From a virus (taxonomy: Duplodnaviria; Caudoviricetes): DNA of 26,240 nt. The stretch covers positions 1 through 26,240 of IMG/VR virus record IMGVR_UViG_3300032319_000216, one strand, 5' to 3'. The number at the start of each line of letters is the position of its first letter. The stretch's first letter is position 1. The notes beneath the pieces are model-generated. The model worked only from the letters and a program-made list of their open reading frames with translations. It made no database searches and was not told the DNA's origin. The position numbers and the translations under genes are program-made. Shown piece by piece: positions 7,400-15,879 of the stretch.

Positions 7400-9021
7400 G
7401 GCGCGGTACTTGGCAAAATAGCGGCTGTTGGAATGGCGGCGCGTTTTTGTGCCTCTTGTAATGCTTTTTCAATGTCGGCGGCCTTGGCATTGAATGTAGG
7501 GCTTGCAATGCCCCGCGCGCGCAGGGCCGTAACCGGAGTTTGCAACGCTCGACTGATAGCCTGCACATTGGTTTTGAGCGGCGTGCCCGGTATGTGCAAA
7601 CCAACACCAGAAAATTCTGGCCCAAGCGTTTGCTCTCCAGACAATGACAAACCCCATTCGCCCAATTCTTTCAGGGGCGTTTGTTTTTCATACAATACTT
7701 TTTGACCAACCCTGTTGGCCCACTCTTTGCCGACTTGTGCCGGAGTTACAAAACCTGGGCCTTTCCCGGCCATAGCGTCTGACAAAATCATCAAGTTTTG
7801 GTATTGCCCGCGAGCAACGCTCAGGTCTTGAGCAACGTCCTGCGGCAAATTGCGTTCTGCGGCATCATCAAGCGCCTTTTGCATACGCCGCAACAAATTT
7901 GACCGATCAATGTCGTTTTTGGCGCGTTGAGCGTCTGATCCAAGTTGCGAGCGCAATTGGTTGTAAAGTTTGCCGTCAATTTTTATCCCGCCAGCGCCAC
8001 CCAAAGTCCGAATTGTGTCGAACACCGACTTGACTTCGGGGAACATTGGCCCGGAACGAGCAAGGGCTTTTTGTTCGGCCTCAAGCGCCGCCATGTCGGC
8101 AGAAAATTTAGCGTCTAATGGTATTTGTCTGCCGTTCAAAATCCTGTCATATTCTGCGCTGATCTTATCTTTGCCGGTTTGCAATTCTTTTTTGCCAAAC
8201 GTGTTGCTTTTGGGCAAACCAACGGATTCGTTGTAAATTTCGTTTGCTACAGCCTGTTGTCCCTTAACATTTTTATTGGGTTCGCCAAACACCAACGCCG
8301 AACCTTGCGGGCGAGCGCCTTTTTCTGTCATGCCACGATATGCGGCCACACGTTCTTCTGGTATGTCGGCTGTGCGTACCGACATTTTTTTCGGCAAAGT
8401 ACCGCCAAGCGCGGTTGTAATGCTGGGCGCCAACAAACCGGCTGCAACGGCCAATGCGTTTTGTTGAGAGTCACTCAATTTGGCTTTCTGCGCTAACGCT
8501 TGTGTGCTTGCGGCTGCGCCCGTTGATGTAGCGCCAGACAATCCACCTGTAATTGCAGAGCGCAAACCACCAACACCGCCGGTTAAAGCTCCTGCGCTTG
8601 CGCCTTGCAAAAGCACATCAATAGCGCGCTCCACACCCGTTGTGGGCGTGACGTTTTTGTTGTAAAGGTACGGTATTGATTGCAACAACTTGCGCACCGC
8701 ATCAGGATTTTCCGTAATTGGTTGCGCTAAATCTGGCCTTCCCAATGCCGTAGCCACCGTTCCTGCGGCAGCTTTGCTTAGGTTTAAGACGTTGTTAGGC
8801 AAATTGCCAAGCATGTCCGGCACTGCTGCTGCGCCTTCCAAAATAGCATTTGTTGCAATGCGGGCTTTGCGCGGCAAAAAATCGTCGTTTTGCGGCGGCG
8901 CTGGCTGTTTTGTTGCGGCGAGCGCTGGCTTAGTTTGCGCCAACACTTCTTCATCGGACAAACCGCTGCCCGATGTTTTTGCCAACACTTCCTCGTCAGA
9001 TAAACCAGGCATTAGTGCCAC
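7396..9021 (-). CDS. Putative internal virion / DNA ejection protein (541 aa)
   Basis: Last of three large Ala/Gly/Gln-rich genes after the nozzle and GNAT; Gly-rich hydrophobic stretch; podoviral synteny. Confidence 0.6.
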   Translation of the reverse strand: MALMPGLSDEEVLAKTSGSGLSDEEVLAQTKPALAATKQPAPPQNDDFLPRKARIATNAILEGAAAVPDMLGNLPNNVLNLSKAAAGTVATALGRPDLAQPITENPDAVRKLLQSIPYLYNKNVTPTTGVERAIDVLLQGASAGALTGGVGGLRSAITGGLSGATSTGAAASTQALAQKAKLSDSQQNALAVAAGLLAPSITTALGGTLPKKMSVRTADIPEERVAAYRGMTEKGARPQGSALVFGEPNKNVKGQQAVANEIYNESVGLPKSNTFGKKELQTGKDKISAEYDRILNGRQIPLDAKFSADMAALEAEQKALARSGPMFPEVKSVFDTIRTLGGAGGIKIDGKLYNQLRSQLGSDAQRAKNDIDRSNLLRRMQKALDDAAERNLPQDVAQDLSVARGQYQNLMILSDAMAGKGPGFVTPAQVGKEWANRVGQKVLYEKQTPLKELGEWGLSLSGEQTLGPEFSGVGLHIPGTPLKTNVQAISRALQTPVTALRARGIASPTFNAKAADIEKALQEAQKRAAIPTAAILPSTAP

Positions 9022-10520
9022 CCATCAGTTTGCCATGTGTGACCACGCCAAACGGTTACGCCAGGAATACGTTGCTCTTTAGGTGGCGGTTGGTCGGTGT
9101 TTTGCGGTTGCGCTGGCGTGGTGGGTTTGCGTTGCAATAACCGCGCTTGTTCGTTTTCCATTGCTGTAATTCTGCGCGTTGCATCATTTAACAATCGATC
9201 AACAACTCGGTTGGTTGTTTCAATGGCCATGTCGCCATTCACAATGTTTTCAATTTCCTTTCTGGCGGTGTCAGTCAATTGACCCACCAAACGAGGATTG
9301 TTTATGACGCGGGCTGATTCGGTTTGTACTAACCGCATTTGCGCCAAATACTCAGTCACATCAGGGTCGCTGGTTGGATGTGTTTGCAAATAATTTAAAG
9401 TTTTGTTTGCCCACGGAGAATCAGTGCGCGACAGTTTTGCGCCCAACTCTTTCAAAATTTGGGCGTTTCCCTCTAGCATGTCGTGATAGGGGCGAATTGC
9501 CGCAATATCTTTGGTGATTGCATTTAAGGCCGCTTTGTCGGCTTTGAATGCGGCGGCATCTTTTGCCATTCCAGCACCATCGCCGCCCGCTGCCAAGGCG
9601 TCTTTGGTGGCTTGTTCAATAACGGCTCGGCGCGTTGTTTTGTCAAACGCGCTTAATGCCCGCAACCCCTCTGGCCCTTCCAAACGATAACGATCCGCCA
9701 TCATTTTGATAGCGTCTGCGCTTATGCCGCCACCAGTAGATTGAGCCAATTGCGCTTTGCGCTCCTCGCGCCGTTGCCGCGCTTCTTCTTCACGCTGCTT
9801 AATGCGTTCCATTGTGGCCGACTGGTCGGCAAACATCTTGGCCGTGGTCTGCACCAATTTCTCGCGCTGTGCAACGTCTTTGGTGTTGCGATCAAGTTCT
9901 TTGCCGTACTTGAGGTTAAGCAAGTTTAGCTCGCGCTCTTTGTCGGCGTAAGTCGTGTGTAAGTTAGACATCAACTTGTTGTATTCGGTGTCGTACTGTT
10001 TTTGGATGCCCTCGGCTTTGCGAAAATTGGCTTCGTACTCTTTCATGCTGCGGTCGTACTGCTCTTGGTCGCCCTCGTGCAACCCTTTCATGGCCGCCGT
10101 AATGTTGCCAAGTGCAGCGGTCAAAGGTTGTCGAGTCAACGCGCCCATGAGTGACGCGGCCAGCATCAACCAATTGCCGGTTTGCTGCATTTCTTCTTTG
10201 CTCATGTGTTGAGCAGTGTTGATCGGCAACTCGGCTTGTTTTGGGCCTTGCTGCATCAAGTCTGTGCGCTGTTGCGTCAAGTCCGCAAGTTGGCTTTGAA
10301 TTGGCGCGGTTTCGGCTTGTTGGCGCTGCGTAATGTCTTGTTCTTTGGCATTACCCGCCCCGTAAACCTTGTTCAATGAGGCCATCTCATCAATTGGCAC
10401 AATGCCATTCACGGGCGCGCCCTGGCCGCGCACCATAAAATCAGGCACACCGCCGTATGGAATGCCTGCGCCAACGCCAAACGGCTTAGGCGTGACAAGG
10501 CTGTAAATATCAGATTTCAT
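9012..10520 (-). CDS. Putative internal virion / DNA ejection protein (502 aa, coiled-coil)
   Basis: Coiled-coil-like Q/E/K/R-rich body, one hydrophobic segment, C-terminal GVTVWRGHTWQTDGWH; synteny. Confidence 0.6.
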   Translation of the reverse strand: MKSDIYSLVTPKPFGVGAGIPYGGVPDFMVRGQGAPVNGIVPIDEMASLNKVYGAGNAKEQDITQRQQAETAPIQSQLADLTQQRTDLMQQGPKQAELPINTAQHMSKEEMQQTGNWLMLAASLMGALTRQPLTAALGNITAAMKGLHEGDQEQYDRSMKEYEANFRKAEGIQKQYDTEYNKLMSNLHTTYADKERELNLLNLKYGKELDRNTKDVAQREKLVQTTAKMFADQSATMERIKQREEEARQRREERKAQLAQSTGGGISADAIKMMADRYRLEGPEGLRALSAFDKTTRRAVIEQATKDALAAGGDGAGMAKDAAAFKADKAALNAITKDIAAIRPYHDMLEGNAQILKELGAKLSRTDSPWANKTLNYLQTHPTSDPDVTEYLAQMRLVQTESARVINNPRLVGQLTDTARKEIENIVNGDMAIETTNRVVDRLLNDATRRITAMENEQARLLQRKPTTPAQPQNTDQPPPKEQRIPGVTVWRGHTWQTDGWH

Positions 10521-10522
10521 GA

Positions 10523-11491
10523 TTACTGTGTACCGCTTGGCGTGCCGCCGTATTGTTTAGCAAGTTCTTGCAAAAAAGCCGCGGAATTGCCAGCAAGTTG
10601 AGCGTCTTGTTTGAATCCGGCTTGCACTCCTGCGGTTAACGCGGGGTTGGCAATGCCAAGGGCCGACAAGCCTTGTTTTAGCTCATTTGCAATTGCCTGC
10701 TGCCGCATTGTTTCTGCTTGAGAATCAATCTGCGACAAAGCGTTAACAGCCATGCTGGAGTCCGACAATCCGGCTTTGGCGTAATACTGTTTGATGGCCG
10801 CTTTTTGTTGCTGCACCCATTGCTGGATAGCAAATTGATCGCTGCTAGATAGAGTGCCAGTTTGATACTGAGCCAGCAATTGATTGCCCACTTCTTGCGC
10901 CGGTCGAGCAATGTTAGCAAATTGTTTCTGTGCATCTTGCGCCCTGTATTGTCCAAGCGCGTTCAAACCCAAAGACGCTGTTGGCGCGTATTTGTTAATT
11001 GCTTGAAGCGCCGTTTCCCACGTTCCAGTGCTAGGCAGCGCATTGGGAACAGTTGTTTGCGCCAAAGACGCGGCATCCGTGGGCGCAATGGTTGCGCCAT
11101 TTAATCCCGGTACTGAGGTGTAGCTTGTTCCTGGCGCTCCAAAGCCATTAGCCGAACCGTAGTCGCCAAGACTTGCTGCGCCTTGAGACACCGCGCCCGA
11201 CGCCGCGGACGGCACAGCGGCAGCGCTTTCAAACCCGGAACTTGGTACGGCATATGCGCTATCTAATCCAATGTTGGCGGCGGCATCGGCGGCTCCGGCA
11301 AGGCTAGATGCCGCACTAGGAATTGCCTCGGCTGCTGCCGCAGTGCCCGCTGTTTCAAGGGCTGCGGTTCCGGCAGCATCAAGCGCCGCGGTAGACCCCA
11401 AAACTTCTCCGCCCGCGCTCGCTGCTGCCGCGGCCTCCGCGCCAGATTTTGCGGCTTCGGTTGCTGCGGTTGCTGTAACTGGATCACACAT
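10523..11491 (-). CDS. Putative internal virion / pilot-type ejection protein (322 aa)
   Basis: Real start is likely MCDPVT at 11491, 1 nt after the GNAT stop. An MCDP/MCEP N-terminus and Ala-rich low complexity are typical of small podoviral ejection proteins. Confidence 0.65.
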   Translation of the reverse strand: MCDPVTATAATEAAKSGAEAAAAASAGGEVLGSTAALDAAGTAALETAGTAAAAEAIPSAASSLAGAADAAANIGLDSAYAVPSSGFESAAAVPSAASGAVSQGAASLGDYGSANGFGAPGTSYTSVPGLNGATIAPTDAASLAQTTVPNALPSTGTWETALQAINKYAPTASLGLNALGQYRAQDAQKQFANIARPAQEVGNQLLAQYQTGTLSSSDQFAIQQWVQQQKAAIKQYYAKAGLSDSSMAVNALSQIDSQAETMRQQAIANELKQGLSALGIANPALTAGVQAGFKQDAQLAGNSAAFLQELAKQYGGTPSGTQ

Positions 11492-11492
11492 T

Positions 11493-12014
11493 TTATAACG
11501 CCTTTGCGGTATTAAAGCCCGTGCAGACGTAACCGCAATGGGCAAAGAGTTTGAAGGTTCTTTCAACGTCAATTCTGACGGATTGACCAACCATGCAAAT
11601 GTTGGCTCCAGAGTTTTTTGCCCAAAGCTCAAATTCACGCAACAAGAGGATAGCAGCAGCACCGCCACGAGCAGATTGCTTAACCCACCACCCCATGTCA
11701 CGGGCCAGCAACGACTCACTAAAAAAGGTTTTAGAAACACATCCATAAAACCCTCCAAGCACTTCGTCGTTGCGAACGGCCAGCCGAAACCACCTGTCGG
11801 GCGATCCGTTGCCTGACATTGACAACTGTTCAATCAACTTTTTGTTGTCAAGCGGCAAGTTTGAATAAATAGAATGGGCGTGAATTTCTCGCGCCACTTC
11901 CAACGTGCCCGCAAGATACTTTGGCTCATACGGAACAATGGCAATGCTGCAGCCGAAGCGCTCGGCAATGCGGTCGAAAGCGTTTACTGGCATGTCCATG
12001 TAGTGTCCCGTCAA
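11493..12014 (-). CDS. GNAT-family acetyltransferase-like protein
   Basis: WWVKQSARGGAAAILLLREFELWAK..GA and terminal KLFAHCGY match GNAT motifs A/B. The start may be ATG at 11999. Confidence 0.8.
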   Translation of the reverse strand: MTGHYMDMPVNAFDRIAERFGCSIAIVPYEPKYLAGTLEVAREIHAHSIYSNLPLDNKKLIEQLSMSGNGSPDRWFRLAVRNDEVLGGFYGCVSKTFFSESLLARDMGWWVKQSARGGAAAILLLREFELWAKNSGANICMVGQSVRIDVERTFKLFAHCGYVCTGFNTAKAL

Positions 12015-12352
12015 ACGTAAATGCCCGCCACAAGATTGATCTGCTCGTGCAAAGCGCCGTGATATGCCATCCAGTCATAAAACTGGCTTTCGTTATTCAA
12101 ATCTACAGCAGAAAGGTCGCCTACGCCACTCATGCGGAATGCTGAGGCAATGGCTTGGTGTAGATTGTAATGCGTCAACAGCCAATCTTTATCATCTTGC
12201 GGCACGCCCGTCAACGGGACGCTAGGAACCAATTGTTTGATGTTGCTGGCTTTTGTTGCAATAGTGTTGTGGGCCAGCTCGTGCATGCCCAAAAACTCAA
12301 AAAATGAATTCTTGTCGCCGAACGGAATTTGCGTAAACGGTGTCAAGTTCAT
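12011..12352 (-). CDS. Hypothetical protein with three HxxxH repeats (113 aa)
   Basis: ATGA overlap with the nozzle gene at 12349-12352; contains HELAH, HYNLH and HGALH. Confidence 0.7.
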   Translation of the reverse strand: MNLTPFTQIPFGDKNSFFEFLGMHELAHNTIATKASNIKQLVPSVPLTGVPQDDKDWLLTHYNLHQAIASAFRMSGVGDLSAVDLNNESQFYDWMAYHGALHEQINLVAGIYV

Positions 12353-14352
12353 GGTGCCGTCCACTGGGCGCGCTTCACAAACTGCATGTGAAAACCGGTA
12401 AACACTTCCGAGGCGCTGCTGGCATTGATAGTCAAGCCAAGATACCGGCCTGCCGTTTGCACGTCTTTGGTCTGAAACGTAAATCCGGACGCAATCCAAC
12501 CCACCGTTTGGCCCGATGCGTTTGTCCAGCTTACAATGTTTCCCGTGTTGTTGACCCATTGAATCACATTGCCACCGGCAAAAGTAAAGGGGTAGCTATT
12601 GCTTGAGTATTCGGTGTCGAGCGTTCCCGTCATAGTGATTGGCTGCAACGGAACCTGAAATTCTGCCCCAATTTTTAGCGCTTCTTTCGTGGAAAGCTGA
12701 TCGCCCATGTTCCAAAGTTTAGTTTGGATGGTTTGCTGAATAGGATAGGTCGAGTCAGCAAACAGCTTGTACATCTTGGTGCCGTCTGTCGCAAACAGCG
12801 TCGGTGTGTTGTTGATTTGCACAGAAGTTATGTACGTCAGCGCCGTACCTTGCGACGCAAAAAACCACTTGTTGTTAAAAAATATGGCAAGCAGCGATCG
12901 ATAACCGTTGACCGGATCGTTGTAAGGCAACAAAAACGCCACGCACAAAATGTCAAAAAGATTGACAACGCCTGCGCTGATAGGTTTTGTGTTGTCAAGC
13001 AGCGGCCATATGCCGTCTAAAGCATCGGATGCTTTTTGCGCTGTGCTGCCATACAGCGCATAAATGCCAAACGAGCACGCCATCCACACGGCTCGATAGT
13101 ACGTTGTAAGCGATAGTGGCTGGCTGCTGCCAATGTTGGCGCTAATGTTTGTGTTGCTAAACGTGGTGACTCCGCTGACCACGTTGACGTCGCCCTCTAC
13201 GTTGATACTGTCGGTGCCAAACACATAAAGGAAATTGTTAGCCGATAAAAACGCCTGTATAGACGAGTGCAGCGTTTCGTCGTTCATGATGAACGATCCG
13301 CCCGCGCCAGAACTTGTAAAGTCCGTGTAAGAATTGGGCGCGCTGTAAACAACCGTGCGAATTTTGCCGCTGGTGCCGGTTGCAATCCACACTCGATTAG
13401 CGTAAGTGGCAATCTGTGTACCTGTGCTTGGCACCACGTTCAAATTGGCCGTCACAGCTCCGCCCGTACCGCTTCCGCCGGTCACGGTAATGGTTGGAGC
13501 GCTGGTGTAGCCGCTGCCAATAGCGGTCAACGTGATTGGCCCTATGCCAAAATCCAAGTCCATCTGAAACCCTGAGCCGTACCCTCCCGTAGTGGACACA
13601 GGATTGCCTGGCGCAATGGTGTAGTCGCCAGAATCAACAAGGGAAATGCCAGTTACCGCACCGGTTGAAGTGTTAATCGCCGTAACTTTGACTTGAGCGG
13701 CTCGGTTGAACGTGCCGCCAGTAACGGTCACAACGTCGCCTACTACATATCCTGTTCCCGCGCTGCCGCTGTGAATTTTTGCCAAACCCACCTGAATGTC
13801 ACACGTCGCCGCGCCGCCACTTCCGCCGCCAGTTCCAAACCCGCCAATACTTGGTACGGTGGTGTAACCGCTACCAATAGCACTGATGGTCAACGATTGA
13901 AGCGTTCCATTCCACTGTGACAGCGTTGAACCATCCCACGAAAAATAGCCTTTAGCGGGGTCAATAATGACAATGTTTGTGTTTTGCCATTGCGCCGCAA
14001 TAGCGCCGCTGGTGCTAAAGGTTGATGCCGTGCCAATGGTTGTAATCGCATAGGTGCTGACGTTTATTTGATAGGCCGCGCCCGTGCTGGTGAACGCAAC
14101 AATGTAGTCTGTTCCGGAAAGATTGAACCCGCGCCAGTAATACACCGTGCCGCTCGGAATAGTGGCAAGCGCAGCACTTGGGCCAGGCAACGCGGGCAGG
14201 TTGCCAAAACTGATTGGCATGCAATTTTCAAGCCACGCAAATTCATTGTCGCCAATGGTCTGCCTTGACGATTGCGTGTTGACGCCGCGAAAGTCCTGAA
14301 AAGAGACGTTCTCTTTTTTGGGTTCTGGCACTAAGCGAAGGTCTGTTGCCAT
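12349..14352 (-). CDS. Tail nozzle / stabilization protein (P22 gp10 or T7 gp12-like position)
   Basis: 667 aa, beta-propeller-like pattern (FRGVNT, LENCMP, YANRVWIA, VVYSAP, FLYVFG); follows the adaptor. Confidence 0.7.
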   Translation of the reverse strand: MATDLRLVPEPKKENVSFQDFRGVNTQSSRQTIGDNEFAWLENCMPISFGNLPALPGPSAALATIPSGTVYYWRGFNLSGTDYIVAFTSTGAAYQINVSTYAITTIGTASTFSTSGAIAAQWQNTNIVIIDPAKGYFSWDGSTLSQWNGTLQSLTISAIGSGYTTVPSIGGFGTGGGSGGAATCDIQVGLAKIHSGSAGTGYVVGDVVTVTGGTFNRAAQVKVTAINTSTGAVTGISLVDSGDYTIAPGNPVSTTGGYGSGFQMDLDFGIGPITLTAIGSGYTSAPTITVTGGSGTGGAVTANLNVVPSTGTQIATYANRVWIATGTSGKIRTVVYSAPNSYTDFTSSGAGGSFIMNDETLHSSIQAFLSANNFLYVFGTDSINVEGDVNVVSGVTTFSNTNISANIGSSQPLSLTTYYRAVWMACSFGIYALYGSTAQKASDALDGIWPLLDNTKPISAGVVNLFDILCVAFLLPYNDPVNGYRSLLAIFFNNKWFFASQGTALTYITSVQINNTPTLFATDGTKMYKLFADSTYPIQQTIQTKLWNMGDQLSTKEALKIGAEFQVPLQPITMTGTLDTEYSSNSYPFTFAGGNVIQWVNNTGNIVSWTNASGQTVGWIASGFTFQTKDVQTAGRYLGLTINASSASEVFTGFHMQFVKRAQWTAP

Positions 14353-14355
14353 ACG

Positions 14356-14550
14356 TTATGCCTGTTTAAGCATAAACCATTTGCCACGGCACTCGCCCAT
14401 TTCGCGCTCGTACAACGCCGTCATGGCTTGTATTTGTGGCGGATACGCTAACGCGGTCAACAATGCCTTGTTTTGCGGGGCCATACACAGCAATTCTGCT
14501 GCGCGGCCCATGACCGAGTGTTTACATTGCTTGCAAGACGGTAGTGGCAT
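14356..14550 (-). CDS. Small Cys-rich hypothetical protein (64 aa)
   Basis: GAGG SD then ATG at 14550; CKQCKH...C...C; fills the gap between adaptor and nozzle. Confidence 0.6.
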   Translation of the reverse strand: MPLPSCKQCKHSVMGRAAELLCMAPQNKALLTALAYPPQIQAMTALYEREMGECRGKWFMLKQA

Positions 14551-14560
14551 GGCAAGCGCC

Positions 14561-15406
14561 TCACGATCCGTAAGCGCTTGACAATTTCCGCAACATAGTC
14601 GAGCGCAAGCACTCCTGAATCTTGCGGTTGTAAAGCCCCTTAAACATTTCCGCTTCTTGAAACGCTTGCTCTTGAAACTTGGCCCAGTGTGCAGCGTAAA
14701 ACGGGATGGGGTCTTGGTACAACGTAGCAATGTCGGAGTCAACGTCCGAGCTATTGACCAAATCTGTTGGCGTGATAATGCTGTCAAGCTCTGCCGTGTA
14801 CGTCTGGTCTGGAATGGGGCCAATAAAAAAACCCTGTTGGCCGTATTGCGCCCAGGTTGTAGGCCGTTGGCTAAACCCTTGCCAAGATCGCAGAGTGGTC
14901 ACAAATTGCGTGTAGCTCATGCGGTCAAGCACAATTCGCAAATTGCCCCACAACACCACAATGTTTACCAAATCCATTGTGGTTGGCAAAACAATGCTGC
15001 TTGTAGCGGTTGCGCCCGTGCCGCTACCTGCGGCAAAACTTACCGTTGGCGCAGTTGTGTAGCCTGTGCCGGTTGACGTAATCAAAACGTCCGTAACGGC
15101 CCCGCCGCTTACTACAGCCGTGCCTGTTGCGCCCGTTCCCGTTCCGGTAAAAGTGACGGCAAAATTTGAGGCGTAGCCAGTGCCGCCGGTCGTAATGCTA
15201 CAACCGGTCACGCCACCATAGGTGTATTGCTCTAGCCCGGTTGACAAATACACATTTTGCATTTTCCGGTTGCAACTTGTGTCTGCAATAACCCGGTTGC
15301 GGGCTTTGTTGACGTAGGCCGTTAAATCTACGTCAGTCCAATATCTGCCGCTTGCGTCGTGCAGCAGTCTGCGCGTGTCAAGAATGTACGTTGATAGCGT
15401 AGTCAC
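14561..15406 (-). CDS. Head-tail adaptor / tail tubular protein A-like, with a repeat insertion
   Basis: Helical N-terminus (TRRLLHD...WTDVDLTAYVNKAR), GPIPDQTY motif and helical C-terminus typical of adaptors. Confidence 0.7.
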   Translation of the reverse strand: MTTLSTYILDTRRLLHDASGRYWTDVDLTAYVNKARNRVIADTSCNRKMQNVYLSTGLEQYTYGGVTGCSITTGGTGYASNFAVTFTGTGTGATGTAVVSGGAVTDVLITSTGTGYTTAPTVSFAAGSGTGATATSSIVLPTTMDLVNIVVLWGNLRIVLDRMSYTQFVTTLRSWQGFSQRPTTWAQYGQQGFFIGPIPDQTYTAELDSIITPTDLVNSSDVDSDIATLYQDPIPFYAAHWAKFQEQAFQEAEMFKGLYNRKIQECLRSTMLRKLSSAYGS

Positions 15407-15416
15407 TCATTGTGCC

Positions 15417-15854
15417 CTACGCTGCTGCGCGCCCACCAAGCAAACGCTCGCGCATATCAATCTTTGGCGGCATAGCCTGAACGCCCGAAGCACGGGGCGC
15501 CGACCCGTCAGTGCCCTTGCCTCGGGCTTCGGGTTCTTGGACCACGGGGGCTGCTCCGTGATCGTCTAACTCTTGCTCAGCATCAATATCCGAAGCAAAA
15601 GGCACATCAATTTTTGGCACAACCCGCTCAAAAGCAAAGTTGTCCAAAATTGCAAGCCCGCCTTTAAGCGACTCGGTAGGGCGAACCCAACCGTGGCGCA
15701 TCAAAACGGTGGTTTTATCGGGGTCGCCAATAGCAAAAATGTGCGCAGCGGCTTCATCCGGCATTGCTACGGTTTTGCCTTGCGGGAAAAAATAGCTTAT
15801 CCCCGCGTGTTTGGCGACAAAATCAAACGGATTACGATTGGTAACTTTGAACAT
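15417..15854 (-). CDS. Hypothetical protein in the head module (145 aa)
   Basis: AAGGG SD, ATG start, fills the gap between neighbours. Confidence 0.7.
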   Translation of the reverse strand: MFKVTNRNPFDFVAKHAGISYFFPQGKTVAMPDEAAAHIFAIGDPDKTTVLMRHGWVRPTESLKGGLAILDNFAFERVVPKIDVPFASDIDAEQELDDHGAAPVVQEPEARGKGTDGSAPRASGVQAMPPKIDMRERLLGGRAAA

Positions 15855-15879
15855 GGCAGCCCTTGCATGTTGTTGAGAA

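Noticed and set aside
11492-11833. N-terminal extensions in the ORF track (also 12353..12559, 14551..14823, 5300..5365, 6577..6654)
   Set aside because: They overlap real upstream genes; better starts with SD or ATGA coupling exist.
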